Position numbers and translations under genes: made by a program
The notes under the pieces: generated by a model
Databases searched by the model: none
The model's input: the letters and a program-made list of their open reading frames with translations, nothing else
Told to the model about the DNA's origin: nothing
Part shown: positions 32,263 through 41,836 of the stretch, one piece after another
Layout of the letters: every line of letters starts with the position of its first letter
Numbering within the stretch: position 1 is the first letter of the stretch
NCBI GenBank assembly: GCA_034520965.1
Contig: JAXHMY010000002.1
Span: forward strand, 480,001 to 544,000
Source: Spirochaetia bacterium
GTDB taxonomy: Bacteria; Spirochaetota; Spirochaetia; DSM-16054; Sediminispirochaetaceae
Reading direction: 5' to 3'
Length of the DNA stretch: 64,000 nucleotides

Positions 32263-33213
32263 ATGGACAGTATAGCCGCATACGCTCCCGGCCATGTGAC
32301 CGGGATATTTTTTATTGACGACCTCGATACGGACCCTCTGAAACGCGGCTCCCTGGGGGCCGGATTCTCAATAGATTTTGGAGCGACTACCCGAATCTCT
32401 GCTGAGGACAGCATACCCGAAACCGGGCTATCGAAGGCCGTCCCACGCTTTCTTTTAAATGGAAAGCCGAGCGAGCTGGATGTGTCGGCTGCCGTTTATA
32501 CCCATTTTATAGAATCACAGCCGAATTTACCATACACAGGGCTGACAATTTCGCACAAGATCGATTTGCCCCAGGGCAGCGGTTTTGGTACCAGCGGGGC
32601 TGGGGCCTTGAGTCTGGCGCTGGCTTTGAATAAGTGGTACGGCGAACCTTTTTCCAATGAAGAGGCTGCTCAGTTTGCCCATCGCGCCGAGGTTGAGTGT
32701 AAAACAGGGCTGGGTACAGTGATCGGTGAGTACTATGGGGGGGTTGAGATACGAACAAGGACCGGAGCCCCGGGAATTGGCAAGGTCACTCAGATTCCCT
32801 ATCCGAAGGACCTGCGGGCGGTGTGTGCCGTGCGCGGCCCCTATTCTACCAGCAAGGCTCTCTCTTCACCAGCGGTCCGGGACGTGGTGAACCTCCATGG
32901 AAAGAATGCCCTCGACGGTCTCCAGCACGAACCGAGTGTGGGCAATTTTCTGCGATACTCCCGGCAATTTGCCGAGGGAACCGGTTTATTTACTCCCTGG
33001 ATAACGGATATTATAGAAGTACTTGACGCACACCATAGTATCGGCAGTATGTTAATGTTTGGGGAGGGAGTGTTTACACTGGCTCCGGCCGACAAGGCAG
33101 TCGAAATAGAAGCGGAGTTACGAAGCTACTGCGAAAGAACCGACAGCAGGGATAATCATAAGCCTGTAGTTTTTTCAGCAGGAATTAATAGTTCTGGAGG
33201 AACTTTACTTTAA
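32263..33213 (+). CDS. archaeal-type pantoate kinase (GHMP family)
   Basis: AYAPGHVTGIF, GSLGAGF, LPQGSGFGTSGAGAL, AHRAEVECKTGLG, GGVEIR..GAPG, MLMFGEGVF. Confidence 0.88.
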   Translation: MDSIAAYAPGHVTGIFFIDDLDTDPLKRGSLGAGFSIDFGATTRISAEDSIPETGLSKAVPRFLLNGKPSELDVSAAVYTHFIESQPNLPYTGLTISHKIDLPQGSGFGTSGAGALSLALALNKWYGEPFSNEEAAQFAHRAEVECKTGLGTVIGEYYGGVEIRTRTGAPGIGKVTQIPYPKDLRAVCAVRGPYSTSKALSSPAVRDVVNLHGKNALDGLQHEPSVGNFLRYSRQFAEGTGLFTPWITDIIEVLDAHHSIGSMLMFGEGVFTLAPADKAVEIEAELRSYCERTDSRDNHKPVVFSAGINSSGGTLL

Positions 33214-33983
33214 TGGATATACATGTACCAAAAGATCATCCCCGTTACCAGTCTATAACCATCCGCGAAATGCTGGTAGAAATGGCCAATGCTTCCGTGG
33301 TTGCACCGGCCGGGCTGATTGCCCACGGCCGGGGAGAGGCGTTTGACTATCTGTTCGGAGAGGATACTCCACCGCCTGCCTATGAGGCCATTGAGGCATC
33401 CGCTGCGAGTCTACTGACCGCCGCCCATCCGGTGCTTTCGATTAATGGGAATGCCGCCGCCCTCTGCCCTCATCAGCTGGTGAAGCTTTCCGAAGTAAGC
33501 GGCGCTCCCCTCGAGATAAACCTGTTTTACCGTACCCTGGAGAGGGAACAGGCGATTGCCGAGGTGCTGTACGAATCCGGAGCTCAGGAGGTGCTTGGCG
33601 TCGGAGATGATGCATCCGAAACTATTTCCGAGGTCGGCAGCGAGCGCCGAAGGGTCGATCCGCGGGGTATCGGACGCGCCGATGTGGTATTTGTACCCCT
33701 GGAGGACGGGGACCGAACCGAGGGTTTACGGGGAATGGGTAAGACCGTGCTTACGGTCGATTTGAACCCCCTGTCACGTACCTCCCGCAAGGCCAATATC
33801 AGTATAGTTGATAATTTAATGCGAGCGGTTCCGCTTTTGACCGAAGCGGTAGAGAGGCTGAAGGGTCGGGACGAGAGGGAGCTAAAGAAGATAGTCAACA
33901 ATTTTAACAACAAGCGAAATTTGAAGGCGTGCCTCGATTTTATTGCCGATCGTCTGTACTCTTTCAGCTTTGAAGGAGAGTAG
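33213..33983 (+). CDS. archaeal-type 4-phosphopantoate--beta-alanine ligase (phosphopantothenate synthetase)
   Basis: PKDHPRYQS, GLIAHGRGEAFDYLFGE, SINGNAAAL, EINLFYRT, VPLEDGDRTE, VDLNPLSRT; TAATG overlap with the kinase. Confidence 0.93.
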   Translation: MDIHVPKDHPRYQSITIREMLVEMANASVVAPAGLIAHGRGEAFDYLFGEDTPPPAYEAIEASAASLLTAAHPVLSINGNAAALCPHQLVKLSEVSGAPLEINLFYRTLEREQAIAEVLYESGAQEVLGVGDDASETISEVGSERRRVDPRGIGRADVVFVPLEDGDRTEGLRGMGKTVLTVDLNPLSRTSRKANISIVDNLMRAVPLLTEAVERLKGRDERELKKIVNNFNNKRNLKACLDFIADRLYSFSFEGE

Positions 33984-33985
33984 AG

Positions 33986-34801
33986 ATGGCTCCGAATAAA
34001 GTAAATGAAGTACCTCCGAATAAAGTAATTGACAGGCAAGAGTGGATAGATAAAAAAGCGGCGGGAGAGCGAATAACCATGTTAACCGCCTACGATGCGG
34101 CTTTTGCATCCCTTCTTTCTCAGGTAGACGGTCTGGATATGATTTTGGTTGGCGATAGCCTGGGGATGGTTATCCAGGGCCACGACACTACCAGAGCGGT
34201 TACTATGGAAGCGATGATCTATCATACCGAAATTGTTGCGCGGTCAAGCCGCGGGATTACGGTTATCGGCGATATGCCCTACCACAGCTTCGACACGGCG
34301 GATGAAGCCCTTATTAACGCCCGACGCTTGATGGAGGCTGGAGCCGCTGCGGTGAAGATCGAGGGCAACAAACCGGAGGTGGTCAGCCGTCTGGTTCAAT
34401 CCGGAATCCCGGTGATGGGACATTTGGGTCTGCTGCCGCAAACTGCCGAAGATTTTAAGGTCCAGGGAAAAGATACCGAGGCCGCCGACACCATTTTTAA
34501 AGATTCCCGGGAATTAGAAGCACAAGGAGCTTTTGCAATAGTGCTCGAGTGTGTGCCCCGCAGTCTGGCCCAAAAAATTACCGGGGCCCTTAAAATTCCC
34601 AGTATCGGGATCGGTGCCGGCCCCGATTGTGACGGGCAGGTGCTGGTTCTGCACGATATGTTAGGTTTGTCCCAGGGCTACTCGCCGAAGTTTGTGAAAC
34701 GCTTTGCCCAATTAGATTCCGCAGTGATTAAGGCGGTGCAAAGTTACAGCGACGAAGTAAAATCCGGCAGCTTTCCCACCGACCCTTATTCGTACCACTA
34801 G
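33986..34801 (+). CDS. panB: 3-methyl-2-oxobutanoate hydroxymethyltransferase
   Basis: MLTAYDA, ILVGDSLGM, AVKIEG, VMGHLGL, IGIGAGPDCDGQVLVLHD. Confidence 0.96.
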   Translation: MAPNKVNEVPPNKVIDRQEWIDKKAAGERITMLTAYDAAFASLLSQVDGLDMILVGDSLGMVIQGHDTTRAVTMEAMIYHTEIVARSSRGITVIGDMPYHSFDTADEALINARRLMEAGAAAVKIEGNKPEVVSRLVQSGIPVMGHLGLLPQTAEDFKVQGKDTEAADTIFKDSRELEAQGAFAIVLECVPRSLAQKITGALKIPSIGIGAGPDCDGQVLVLHDMLGLSQGYSPKFVKRFAQLDSAVIKAVQSYSDEVKSGSFPTDPYSYH

Positions 34802-34859
34802 GGTGGTACCATTGGGTTTTGTTAGTTTTGTGGGCGTAGGAGAGCAGGAGGGCAGATAA

Positions 34860-36197
34860 TTGACTGAAGAGATACAAGGATTTCAAGCTGAAGGCTCTGC
34901 GGCTCAGAGGCCTCAGAACAAGAGCCTGCCATCAAAGGGTCGTCCGGCGGATGAAGTATCCGCGTTGGTAGCACAGCGCCTCTCCGGCGACCTTACATTT
35001 ACCTCCGGAAATATCCTCGGCTCAATGTGCAGTCAGCCCCACCCCTTTGGAGCCGACATTTTTCAGCAAGAGTTAGCAAAGAATATAGGCGACCCCGGGC
35101 TTCATCCGGCTTTGGCGGAGATGGAGGCGGAGACAATACACATACTGGGCAGCCTGTGTGCAAACCCCGAGGCTGTCGGCAGTATCGTCACCGGCGGGAC
35201 CGAAGCAAACCTGTTGGCTATGTGGACCGCCAAAAACAGTGCCCCAAAAGAGCGTCGAGAGGTGGTGCTGCCGGAGACGGCTCACTTTTCCTTCGACAAA
35301 GCCGCCAGTTTGATGGACCTGACCCTAGTAAAAATTCCAGTAGACCCACACAACCGTGTTAAATTAGATGAGTATCGTCAGGCGGTGGGACCTCGGACTA
35401 TGGCTCTGGTGGCAATTGCCGGAACCACCGGGCTCGGGGCGGTTGATCCGATTGCTGAGATTGCCAACGTCGCCGAAGAGCATAACTTGTACCTGCATGT
35501 GGATGCGGCCTTCGGCGGGTTTGTCCTGCCCTTTTTAGAGGCTGCAGGATATCAGGCAGATAGTGCGCCGGATCAGGGAGCCTTCGATTTTAGCCTTGCA
35601 GGTGTCAGTTCAATTACCCTCGATCCCCACAAGATGGGCAGAACTCCAATTCCGGCCGGCTGCATACTCTACCGCAACGAAAAGATTGCAGGCTCAAGCA
35701 CTACCCGAGTCTCCTACCTGGCTGGAGGCAAAACCCGGCAAAGAACCATTGTAGGTACCCGCTCCGGCGCGGCGGTAGCGGCGGTATGGGCCAGTCTGCA
35801 GCATATCGGCTTTGACGGATACCGCGATACGGTGCGCTGGTGTATGGAGAACACCTATTTTCTGAAAAAAAGAATTGATGCAATGGCAGGCATAGAAACA
35901 GTAATGCCTCCGGTGATGAACGTACTGGGAATTCGCCCTAGCCAAGGTACCGCAGAGAAGTTATCCGAGGCCCTGCGCGCCCGCGGTTTTGCGCTATCCC
36001 TTTTTCCGGGCTTTTTGCGAGTTACCCTGATGCCGCACTTGAATCAAAGCCATCTGGAGAACTTTTTAATGGTGCTGGAAGCGACATTAAATGAGATGCA
36101 AAAGGAAGAGTCCGGCCCCGGAGAAACTGGCCCCGAGTCCAGTCGCGGGCACAACAGCCGCTTACACAGGAACCAAGGAGAAAATAATGCAGGGTGA
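34860..36197 (+). CDS. mfnA: MfnA-type PLP-dependent aspartate/tyrosine decarboxylase (probable beta-alanine source)
   Basis: ILGSMCSQPHP, NIGDPGL, TGGTEAN, AHFSFDKA, LHVDAAFGGF, LDPHKMG (PLP lysine), GTRSGA. Confidence 0.85.
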   Translation: MTEEIQGFQAEGSAAQRPQNKSLPSKGRPADEVSALVAQRLSGDLTFTSGNILGSMCSQPHPFGADIFQQELAKNIGDPGLHPALAEMEAETIHILGSLCANPEAVGSIVTGGTEANLLAMWTAKNSAPKERREVVLPETAHFSFDKAASLMDLTLVKIPVDPHNRVKLDEYRQAVGPRTMALVAIAGTTGLGAVDPIAEIANVAEEHNLYLHVDAAFGGFVLPFLEAAGYQADSAPDQGAFDFSLAGVSSITLDPHKMGRTPIPAGCILYRNEKIAGSSTTRVSYLAGGKTRQRTIVGTRSGAAVAAVWASLQHIGFDGYRDTVRWCMENTYFLKKRIDAMAGIETVMPPVMNVLGIRPSQGTAEKLSEALRARGFALSLFPGFLRVTLMPHLNQSHLENFLMVLEATLNEMQKEESGPGETGPESSRGHNSRLHRNQGENNAG

Positions 36198-37527
36198 TCA
36201 ATCTCATTCAAATCAGCCTTTTTTTACTTACCCTGAACAGGCGGTCGCCCCTCCTAATGGGGCGGCCTCCCCGTTGGGGAAGCATCCGTCAAAAGATATT
36301 CTCGGTTCTATCTCGAGTGCTCTAGGTGGAAAGAAAGTTGCCCTTGGAATTACCGGCAGTGTGGCGGCCGTGCGCAGCAGTGAGGTAGCCCGGATGCTGA
36401 TGCGCTACGGAGTGGAAGTGTTTCCGGTGATGAGTCCAGAGGCGACCCGTATCATTCACCCGAACTTGATGGAGTGGGCAACCGGGAACCCTGTGATAAC
36501 CAGCCTCAGTGGTTCTATAGAGCATGTAGCCTTAGCGGGGAATGTTGAAAATCGGGTAGATGCAGTGCTAATAGCACCATCTACCGCCAACACCCTGGGA
36601 AAAATTGCTGCCGGAATTGACGATACGCCGGTTACCACTTTGGCAACCACCGCAATCGGCCAGGGAATACCAATGCTGATTGTCCCTGCGATGCATGAAC
36701 CTATGTATTACCATCCGGCGGTAAAACGAAACATTGAGGTGCTAAAAAGCGACGGTATCCATGTGCTTATGCCTAATGTCTCAGAAGGAAAGGCTAAAAT
36801 TCCGGAAACCGAAGAGATTGTTTTTCGAACGATTGATTTGCTGCGCGGCGACGGCCCCCTGGCCGGCAGCAATTGGGTGGTGACGGCCGGACGCACGGTA
36901 GAATACCTCGATCCCATCCGGGTGCTTACCAATAACAGCAGCGGAAAAATGGGGATAGAAATTGTAAGAGCCCTTTATCTGGCCGGGGCAGGCGTGCAGT
37001 TAGTCTACGGTAAGGGTAACGCTGAACCGGTGCCAAATGTTCCCACACACTATGTAGAGACAGCCGCACAAATGCTGGATACAGTGAAAAAACTGTTACA
37101 GGACCAAAAGACCGACTGCCTGGTAGCGGCAGCGGCGGTCGGTGATTGGCAGTCCTCGGACCGGGCTGCCGATAAAATCAGCACCCACGGTACCGACAAG
37201 CTTAAAGTAGAATTAGTTCCTACTCCAAAGATCATCGACCAGGTAAAGGAGATATCTCCCCACACCTTTTTAGTTGCCTTTCGGGCCCTTTTTCAGAAAA
37301 CGAAGGAAGAGATGGCGTCGGATGGACTGGCCCGCATGAAAAAAGCCAAAGCGGATATGATAGCAGTAAACGATGTCGGGGCGAAAGGCTCGGGTTTTGA
37401 AACCGCCACCAACGAGCTGCATCTGTTTGACTCCGCCGGCGGACGGACGCACATTAAACTATCCACAAAGTTTCAGGCGGCGGAACAGTTAATAAAGGTG
37501 GTTGCGGCTCAGTTAGGGCGCGTTTAA
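36187..37527 (+). CDS. coaBC: bifunctional phosphopantothenoylcysteine decarboxylase/synthetase, archaeal-like N-terminus
   Basis: HPSKDILGS..LGGKKVALGITGSVAA, PSTANTLGKIAAGIDD, PAMHEPMY, VTAG.T.EYLDPIR..TN.SSGKMG, AAAVGD. Confidence 0.93.
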   Translation: MQGDQSHSNQPFFTYPEQAVAPPNGAASPLGKHPSKDILGSISSALGGKKVALGITGSVAAVRSSEVARMLMRYGVEVFPVMSPEATRIIHPNLMEWATGNPVITSLSGSIEHVALAGNVENRVDAVLIAPSTANTLGKIAAGIDDTPVTTLATTAIGQGIPMLIVPAMHEPMYYHPAVKRNIEVLKSDGIHVLMPNVSEGKAKIPETEEIVFRTIDLLRGDGPLAGSNWVVTAGRTVEYLDPIRVLTNNSSGKMGIEIVRALYLAGAGVQLVYGKGNAEPVPNVPTHYVETAAQMLDTVKKLLQDQKTDCLVAAAAVGDWQSSDRAADKISTHGTDKLKVELVPTPKIIDQVKEISPHTFLVAFRALFQKTKEEMASDGLARMKKAKADMIAVNDVGAKGSGFETATNELHLFDSAGGRTHIKLSTKFQAAEQLIKVVAAQLGRV

Positions 37528-37545
37528 GTACGCCTAGGAGTACGC

Positions 37546-38070
37546 TTAGGCCCGGAGAAACTCATCGACAATAGAGTCGACATCATCCTGTTCAATATCA
37601 AACTGCCTTTCGAAGGCCAGTTCCTGGTTCGCTTCACGAAGCTTCTTTAGCAGACTATACACGGTTACCATTAAGATCTTATTACCGGTGGTAGGATACT
37701 TTTTAATAAATTGCATAAAATTGCCGCGTGTAATATGCAGCAATGCGGTGCTTGTTAAACTGTTTACATTGGCTGTGCGTTTTACCTTCATAAACATACC
37801 GGCCTCGCCGAATACTTCCCCGCTGCCGATGGTGCAAATATAGACGTTTTTACGCCGCCCTTCCCCTACAGCTACTTCAACGGAACCGCTAATTACTCCA
37901 TAAAAGGCCTGCTCCACCTCGCCCTGCTGTACGATGCGCTCACCCTCTTCAAAGACTTGTATTTCGCACATCCTGAGCAAATCTTCAACTTCCCGTTCGC
38001 TTAGAAACTTGAACAGCAAGATATCCCTAATACTGGCCCGATATTGATCGGTATTATTATCAACGTACAT
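37546..38070 (-). CDS. cyclic nucleotide-binding domain protein
   Basis: IVQQGE, ISGSVEV, GEVFGE, RTANV; no HTH. Confidence 0.85.
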   Translation of the reverse strand: MYVDNNTDQYRASIRDILLFKFLSEREVEDLLRMCEIQVFEEGERIVQQGEVEQAFYGVISGSVEVAVGEGRRKNVYICTIGSGEVFGEAGMFMKVKRTANVNSLTSTALLHITRGNFMQFIKKYPTTGNKILMVTVYSLLKKLREANQELAFERQFDIEQDDVDSIVDEFLRA

Positions 38071-38144
38071 AAAACGTCCCCTCTTGTACAAAATGCCTCA
38101 CAAAATGCCTCATAAACGCCTAAAGTGTAGCGTATTCAGCTGTT

Positions 38145-38867
38145 CTACGCAAGAAAGCGACACTCTGTTTTTAATGGACATTTAGAACATTTTTGATTTT
38201 TAGCGGTGCAATACCTTTTTCCATGTTCTACCAACAGGGCATGGAACTCGTTGTATACTTCGGCATCGACCGGTAATTCCGCCTGGAACTTAGCCTGCAA
38301 CCCCATGTAGGTCCACTCACCCTCCTCTGATCCGCTCCGGTACTCGAGGCGATTAAAAATTCTCATACTGTACGCATCTACCACACAAACCGGATAATTA
38401 AAGGCATATAGAAGAATGGAATCAGCCGTTTCCGGGCCTATGCCCCAGATTGCTAAAAGTTCCTTCCGACCAGGGGGCGTCTCATTGGCCGCACCTCGCG
38501 CCAGAAAAAAATCGGCAGTAGTTTTTAACTTTTTCGCCTTTTGGTTGTAATACCCGCTCGAACGTATCAAAGCGGCCAGGTCAGTGTGCTCGGCTGCACG
38601 GAAAAACTCCGGGCCGAAGGGACAATTCTCCAGCAGGGTCGTTAAACTACTACGTACATTGGCCCAGTTTGTATTTTGTGTGAGAATAGCTCCGGTAATA
38701 ATTTCAAAGCGCTCATTCGAGCTCAGTTCAAGGGAGTACACGCCGGGGTGGTAGCCCTCTTGGGTATAGCCGGGTCGGGAGTTACGCTGCAGCAGCGGCC
38801 ACCATCCCTGAGCTCCATATGCATTTAGCAGGCGTTGGTATACATTGTAACTGTTCATTTTTTCCAT
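38145..38867 (-). CDS. endonuclease III-related HhH-GPD protein
   Basis: GAILTQNTNW, IRSSGYYNQKA, LLAIWGIGPETADSILLYA, VVDAY, C-terminal Cys cluster. Confidence 0.9.
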   Translation of the reverse strand: MEKMNSYNVYQRLLNAYGAQGWWPLLQRNSRPGYTQEGYHPGVYSLELSSNERFEIITGAILTQNTNWANVRSSLTTLLENCPFGPEFFRAAEHTDLAALIRSSGYYNQKAKKLKTTADFFLARGAANETPPGRKELLAIWGIGPETADSILLYAFNYPVCVVDAYSMRIFNRLEYRSGSEEGEWTYMGLQAKFQAELPVDAEVYNEFHALLVEHGKRYCTAKNQKCSKCPLKTECRFLA

Positions 38868-39000
38868 CTTTAAAGGTTTGTATTTTAAAAAAGAGGCCCT
38901 TGCAGGCCTCCTGTTAAGTAATTCTCTTTATAAAAACCTTTTACATTTTTACACAATGCTGAAATTGTGTCTTAAACTGTGGACCACAGAGCCCCTGCTG

Positions 39001-41670
39001 CTAATCGTTCAGCAAATCCTCTGCTACCGCTTGCGCTGCGGCCAAACGGGCAATCGGAACCCGGTAGGGGGAGCAGGAGACATAGTTGAGTCCATTGCGG
39101 TAACAGAACTCGATGGACGAAGGATCTCCTCCGTGCTCACCACAGATACCCATTTTTAGGTCTTTCTTTGTGGCCCGGCCCTTCTCAACCGCCATCGTAA
39201 TCAGCTGGCCGACTCCAGCCTGATCTATACTCTGGAAGGGGTCGTAGGGCAAAATGTTCTGATCCAGGTATTCGGCTATAAAACTGCCGATATCGTCACG
39301 GGAGTATCCAAGGGTCATCTGAGTCAGGTCGTTGGTACCAAAGGAGAAAAAGTCCGCATCTTCGGCAACTTCATTCGCTGTCAGAGCGGCCCGGGGAATC
39401 TCGATCATGGTTCCGATCTTATAGGCCAGGCTGCTGTTGTTTTTCTTCAACACATTCTGCACAACCGTCTCTGCATTCTCACGCAGCACCTTCAGCTCCA
39501 TTTTGGTACCCACCAGGGGAATCATAATTTCCGGAAGAACCTTTACGCCCGCTTTCTCAACCTCACAAGCAGCTTCCATAATTGCCTCAACCTGCATATC
39601 GTAGATCTCAGGATACGTTATTCCCAGGCGGCAGCCGCGGTGACCGAGCATAGGATTCATCTCTTTGAGGTCTTCCGCCATATTCTTGATAGATTCCGGC
39701 TTCAAGCCCACCTTATCGGCAAGCTCTTTAATGTCCTCATCTGTTTTCGGTACAAACTCGTGGAGCGGCGGATCCAGCAGCCGCACGGTAACCGGTAACC
39801 CTTCCATTGCGTTAAAAATACCCACAAAATCTTTTTGCTGCAAAGGCAGCAGCTTATCCAGGGCTTTCTGTCGGGCCTCTTTACTTTCGGCCACAATCAT
39901 CTCCTGAAAGATTTCCAGTTTCCCCACGTCAAAGAACATATGCTCGGTCCGGCACAGGCCGATACCTTCAGCGCCTAATTCCCGGGCCTTCTTTGCATCT
40001 CCGGGAGTATCGGCATTGGTGCGTACACCAAAACCTTTCTCCTTCACGCTCTTACGTTTATCCTTGTATCTGACATCATCCGCCCACAGCAGGAACTTCT
40101 CCAGGTCGGTGGTAATCTGCGGATCGACCAGATCGATCTGCCCTTCGTACACCTCGCCGTCGGTTCCGTCGATGGTCATCCAGTCGCCCTCATTGTAGGT
40201 CTTACCTTCAATTTGCAGTGTACCGCTGCTTACCACAGCTGCTTTACAGCCGGCTACACAAGGTTTACCCATTCCGCGGGCAACAACCGCTGCGTGGCTG
40301 GTCATTCCACCGGTCGAGGTAAGAATTCCTTCGGCTGCATGCATGCCTCCGATATCTTCGGGGGAGGTTTCTTTGCGGACCAACAGCACTTTCTTGCCCT
40401 GTTTTACCCATTCCTCCGCCTCATCGGCGGTAAATACGATTTGCCCGGTAGCTGCACCCGGGGAAGCGTTCAGCCCTTTGGCCAAAACATTAAGTTTTCC
40501 CTTTGAGGATGGTTCGATCCGGGGGTGAAAAAGCTGATCAAGCTGCTTTGGGGTAACCCGGCCAACCGATTCTTCTTCAGTGATCATTTTCTCTTCGACC
40601 ATGTCTACTGCAACCTTAATGGCCGCCGCACCGGTTCGCTTTCCGTTACGGGTCTGCAGCAGGAAGAGATTTCCCTGTTGAATAGTAAACTCAATGTCCT
40701 GCATATCCCGATAATGCTGTTCCAACCGGTCTTTAATTGTAAACAGTTGTTCATAGATTTCTGGGTTAATTTCTTTCAAATAGGAAAGGTTTTTAGGAGT
40801 CCGGATACCTGCAACAACATCCTCACCCTGGGCGTTCTCAAGGAACTCGCCAAAAAAGACTTTCTCACCAGTAGAGGGGTCGCGGGTAAAGGCAACGCCG
40901 GTACCGGAATTCTCGCCGAAGTTACCGAATACCATGGACTGGACGTTAACCGCGGTTCCCAACAGTCCAGTAATATCGTTGATTTTTCGGTATTTAATGG
41001 CCTTTTCGTTCATCCAGCTGCCGAGGACCGCATTGATCGATTTATACATCTGGTCCTTCGGATCCTGGGGAAAATCCTCGCCCTGCTGCTCTTTGTAAAC
41101 CCGTTTGTACACTTCAACCAGTTTTTTCAAATCCTCTGCATCCAAATCGGTATCCAGTTCGACACCCTTGGCTTTCTTCGCTTTTTCCAGTTCACCCTCG
41201 AACAGCTGCAGGTCCAAACCCATAGCGACATCAGAGAACATTTGGATAAAGCGACGGTAGGCATCCCAGCCAAAACGCTCGTTTCCCGTCTTTTTGGCCA
41301 GGCCGGCTACCGCATTGTCGTTAATGCCGAGGTTGAGAATAGTATCCATCATACCGGGCATAGATTGAGCAGCACCTGAACGTACGGACACCAACAGGGG
41401 ATCATCATGATCACCGAGCTTTTTGCCCATCATCTTCTCTAGCTTTTCCAGGTTTGCATCAATCTCAGCCTCTAATCCTTCCGGATACTGCTGGTTTTTT
41501 TCATAATAAATTTTACACACCTCTGCTGAGATGGTGAAGCCCGGCGGCACCGGCACCCCAAGATTCGTCATTTCAGCTAAGTTGGCGCCCTTGCCGCCGA
41601 GAAACTCCTTCATTCCGGAGTTGCCCTCAGCTTTTCCTTCGCCAAAAAAATACACTAACTTCTTTCCCAT
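39001..41670 (-). CDS. ppdK: pyruvate, phosphate dikinase
   Basis: LGGKGANLAEM, SVRSGA..SMPGMMDT, GGMTSHAAVVARG, GIGLCRTEHMF, FSFGTNDLTQ. Confidence 0.97.
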   Translation of the reverse strand: MGKKLVYFFGEGKAEGNSGMKEFLGGKGANLAEMTNLGVPVPPGFTISAEVCKIYYEKNQQYPEGLEAEIDANLEKLEKMMGKKLGDHDDPLLVSVRSGAAQSMPGMMDTILNLGINDNAVAGLAKKTGNERFGWDAYRRFIQMFSDVAMGLDLQLFEGELEKAKKAKGVELDTDLDAEDLKKLVEVYKRVYKEQQGEDFPQDPKDQMYKSINAVLGSWMNEKAIKYRKINDITGLLGTAVNVQSMVFGNFGENSGTGVAFTRDPSTGEKVFFGEFLENAQGEDVVAGIRTPKNLSYLKEINPEIYEQLFTIKDRLEQHYRDMQDIEFTIQQGNLFLLQTRNGKRTGAAAIKVAVDMVEEKMITEEESVGRVTPKQLDQLFHPRIEPSSKGKLNVLAKGLNASPGAATGQIVFTADEAEEWVKQGKKVLLVRKETSPEDIGGMHAAEGILTSTGGMTSHAAVVARGMGKPCVAGCKAAVVSSGTLQIEGKTYNEGDWMTIDGTDGEVYEGQIDLVDPQITTDLEKFLLWADDVRYKDKRKSVKEKGFGVRTNADTPGDAKKARELGAEGIGLCRTEHMFFDVGKLEIFQEMIVAESKEARQKALDKLLPLQQKDFVGIFNAMEGLPVTVRLLDPPLHEFVPKTDEDIKELADKVGLKPESIKNMAEDLKEMNPMLGHRGCRLGITYPEIYDMQVEAIMEAACEVEKAGVKVLPEIMIPLVGTKMELKVLRENAETVVQNVLKKNNSSLAYKIGTMIEIPRAALTANEVAEDADFFSFGTNDLTQMTLGYSRDDIGSFIAEYLDQNILPYDPFQSIDQAGVGQLITMAVEKGRATKKDLKMGICGEHGGDPSSIEFCYRNGLNYVSCSPYRVPIARLAAAQAVAEDLLND

Positions 41671-41725
41671 AGTTACTTATAACCTCCATAATTTTGGGTA
41701 TATTAATTTCATATCTCTATCTCTG

Positions 41726-41754
41726 ATGGTAAGATAATTACATCGCCCTGTCAA
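41726..41754 (-). promoter_or_regulatory. sigma70 promoter of ppdK
   Basis: TTGACA-17 nt-TACCAT on the minus strand. Confidence 0.65.
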
Positions 41755-41836
41755 CAAACTATACATTTTTGAATATTCATAGTTCCATACAAAAAAAAAG
41801 GAGGCACCCTAAAGATACCCCCTGATTACTCTTACA

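Noticed and set aside
34860..36197. mfnA as evidence of methanofuran synthesis or an archaeal contig
   Set aside because: No other mfn or methanogenesis genes; flanking genes and promoters are bacterial, and the operon context points to beta-alanine supply.
40525..41379. Long antisense ORFs (40525-41379, 45151-45948, 41858-42469, 62520-63344, 63383-63958)
   Set aside because: They shadow well-supported genes on the opposite strand and carry no recognisable motifs.
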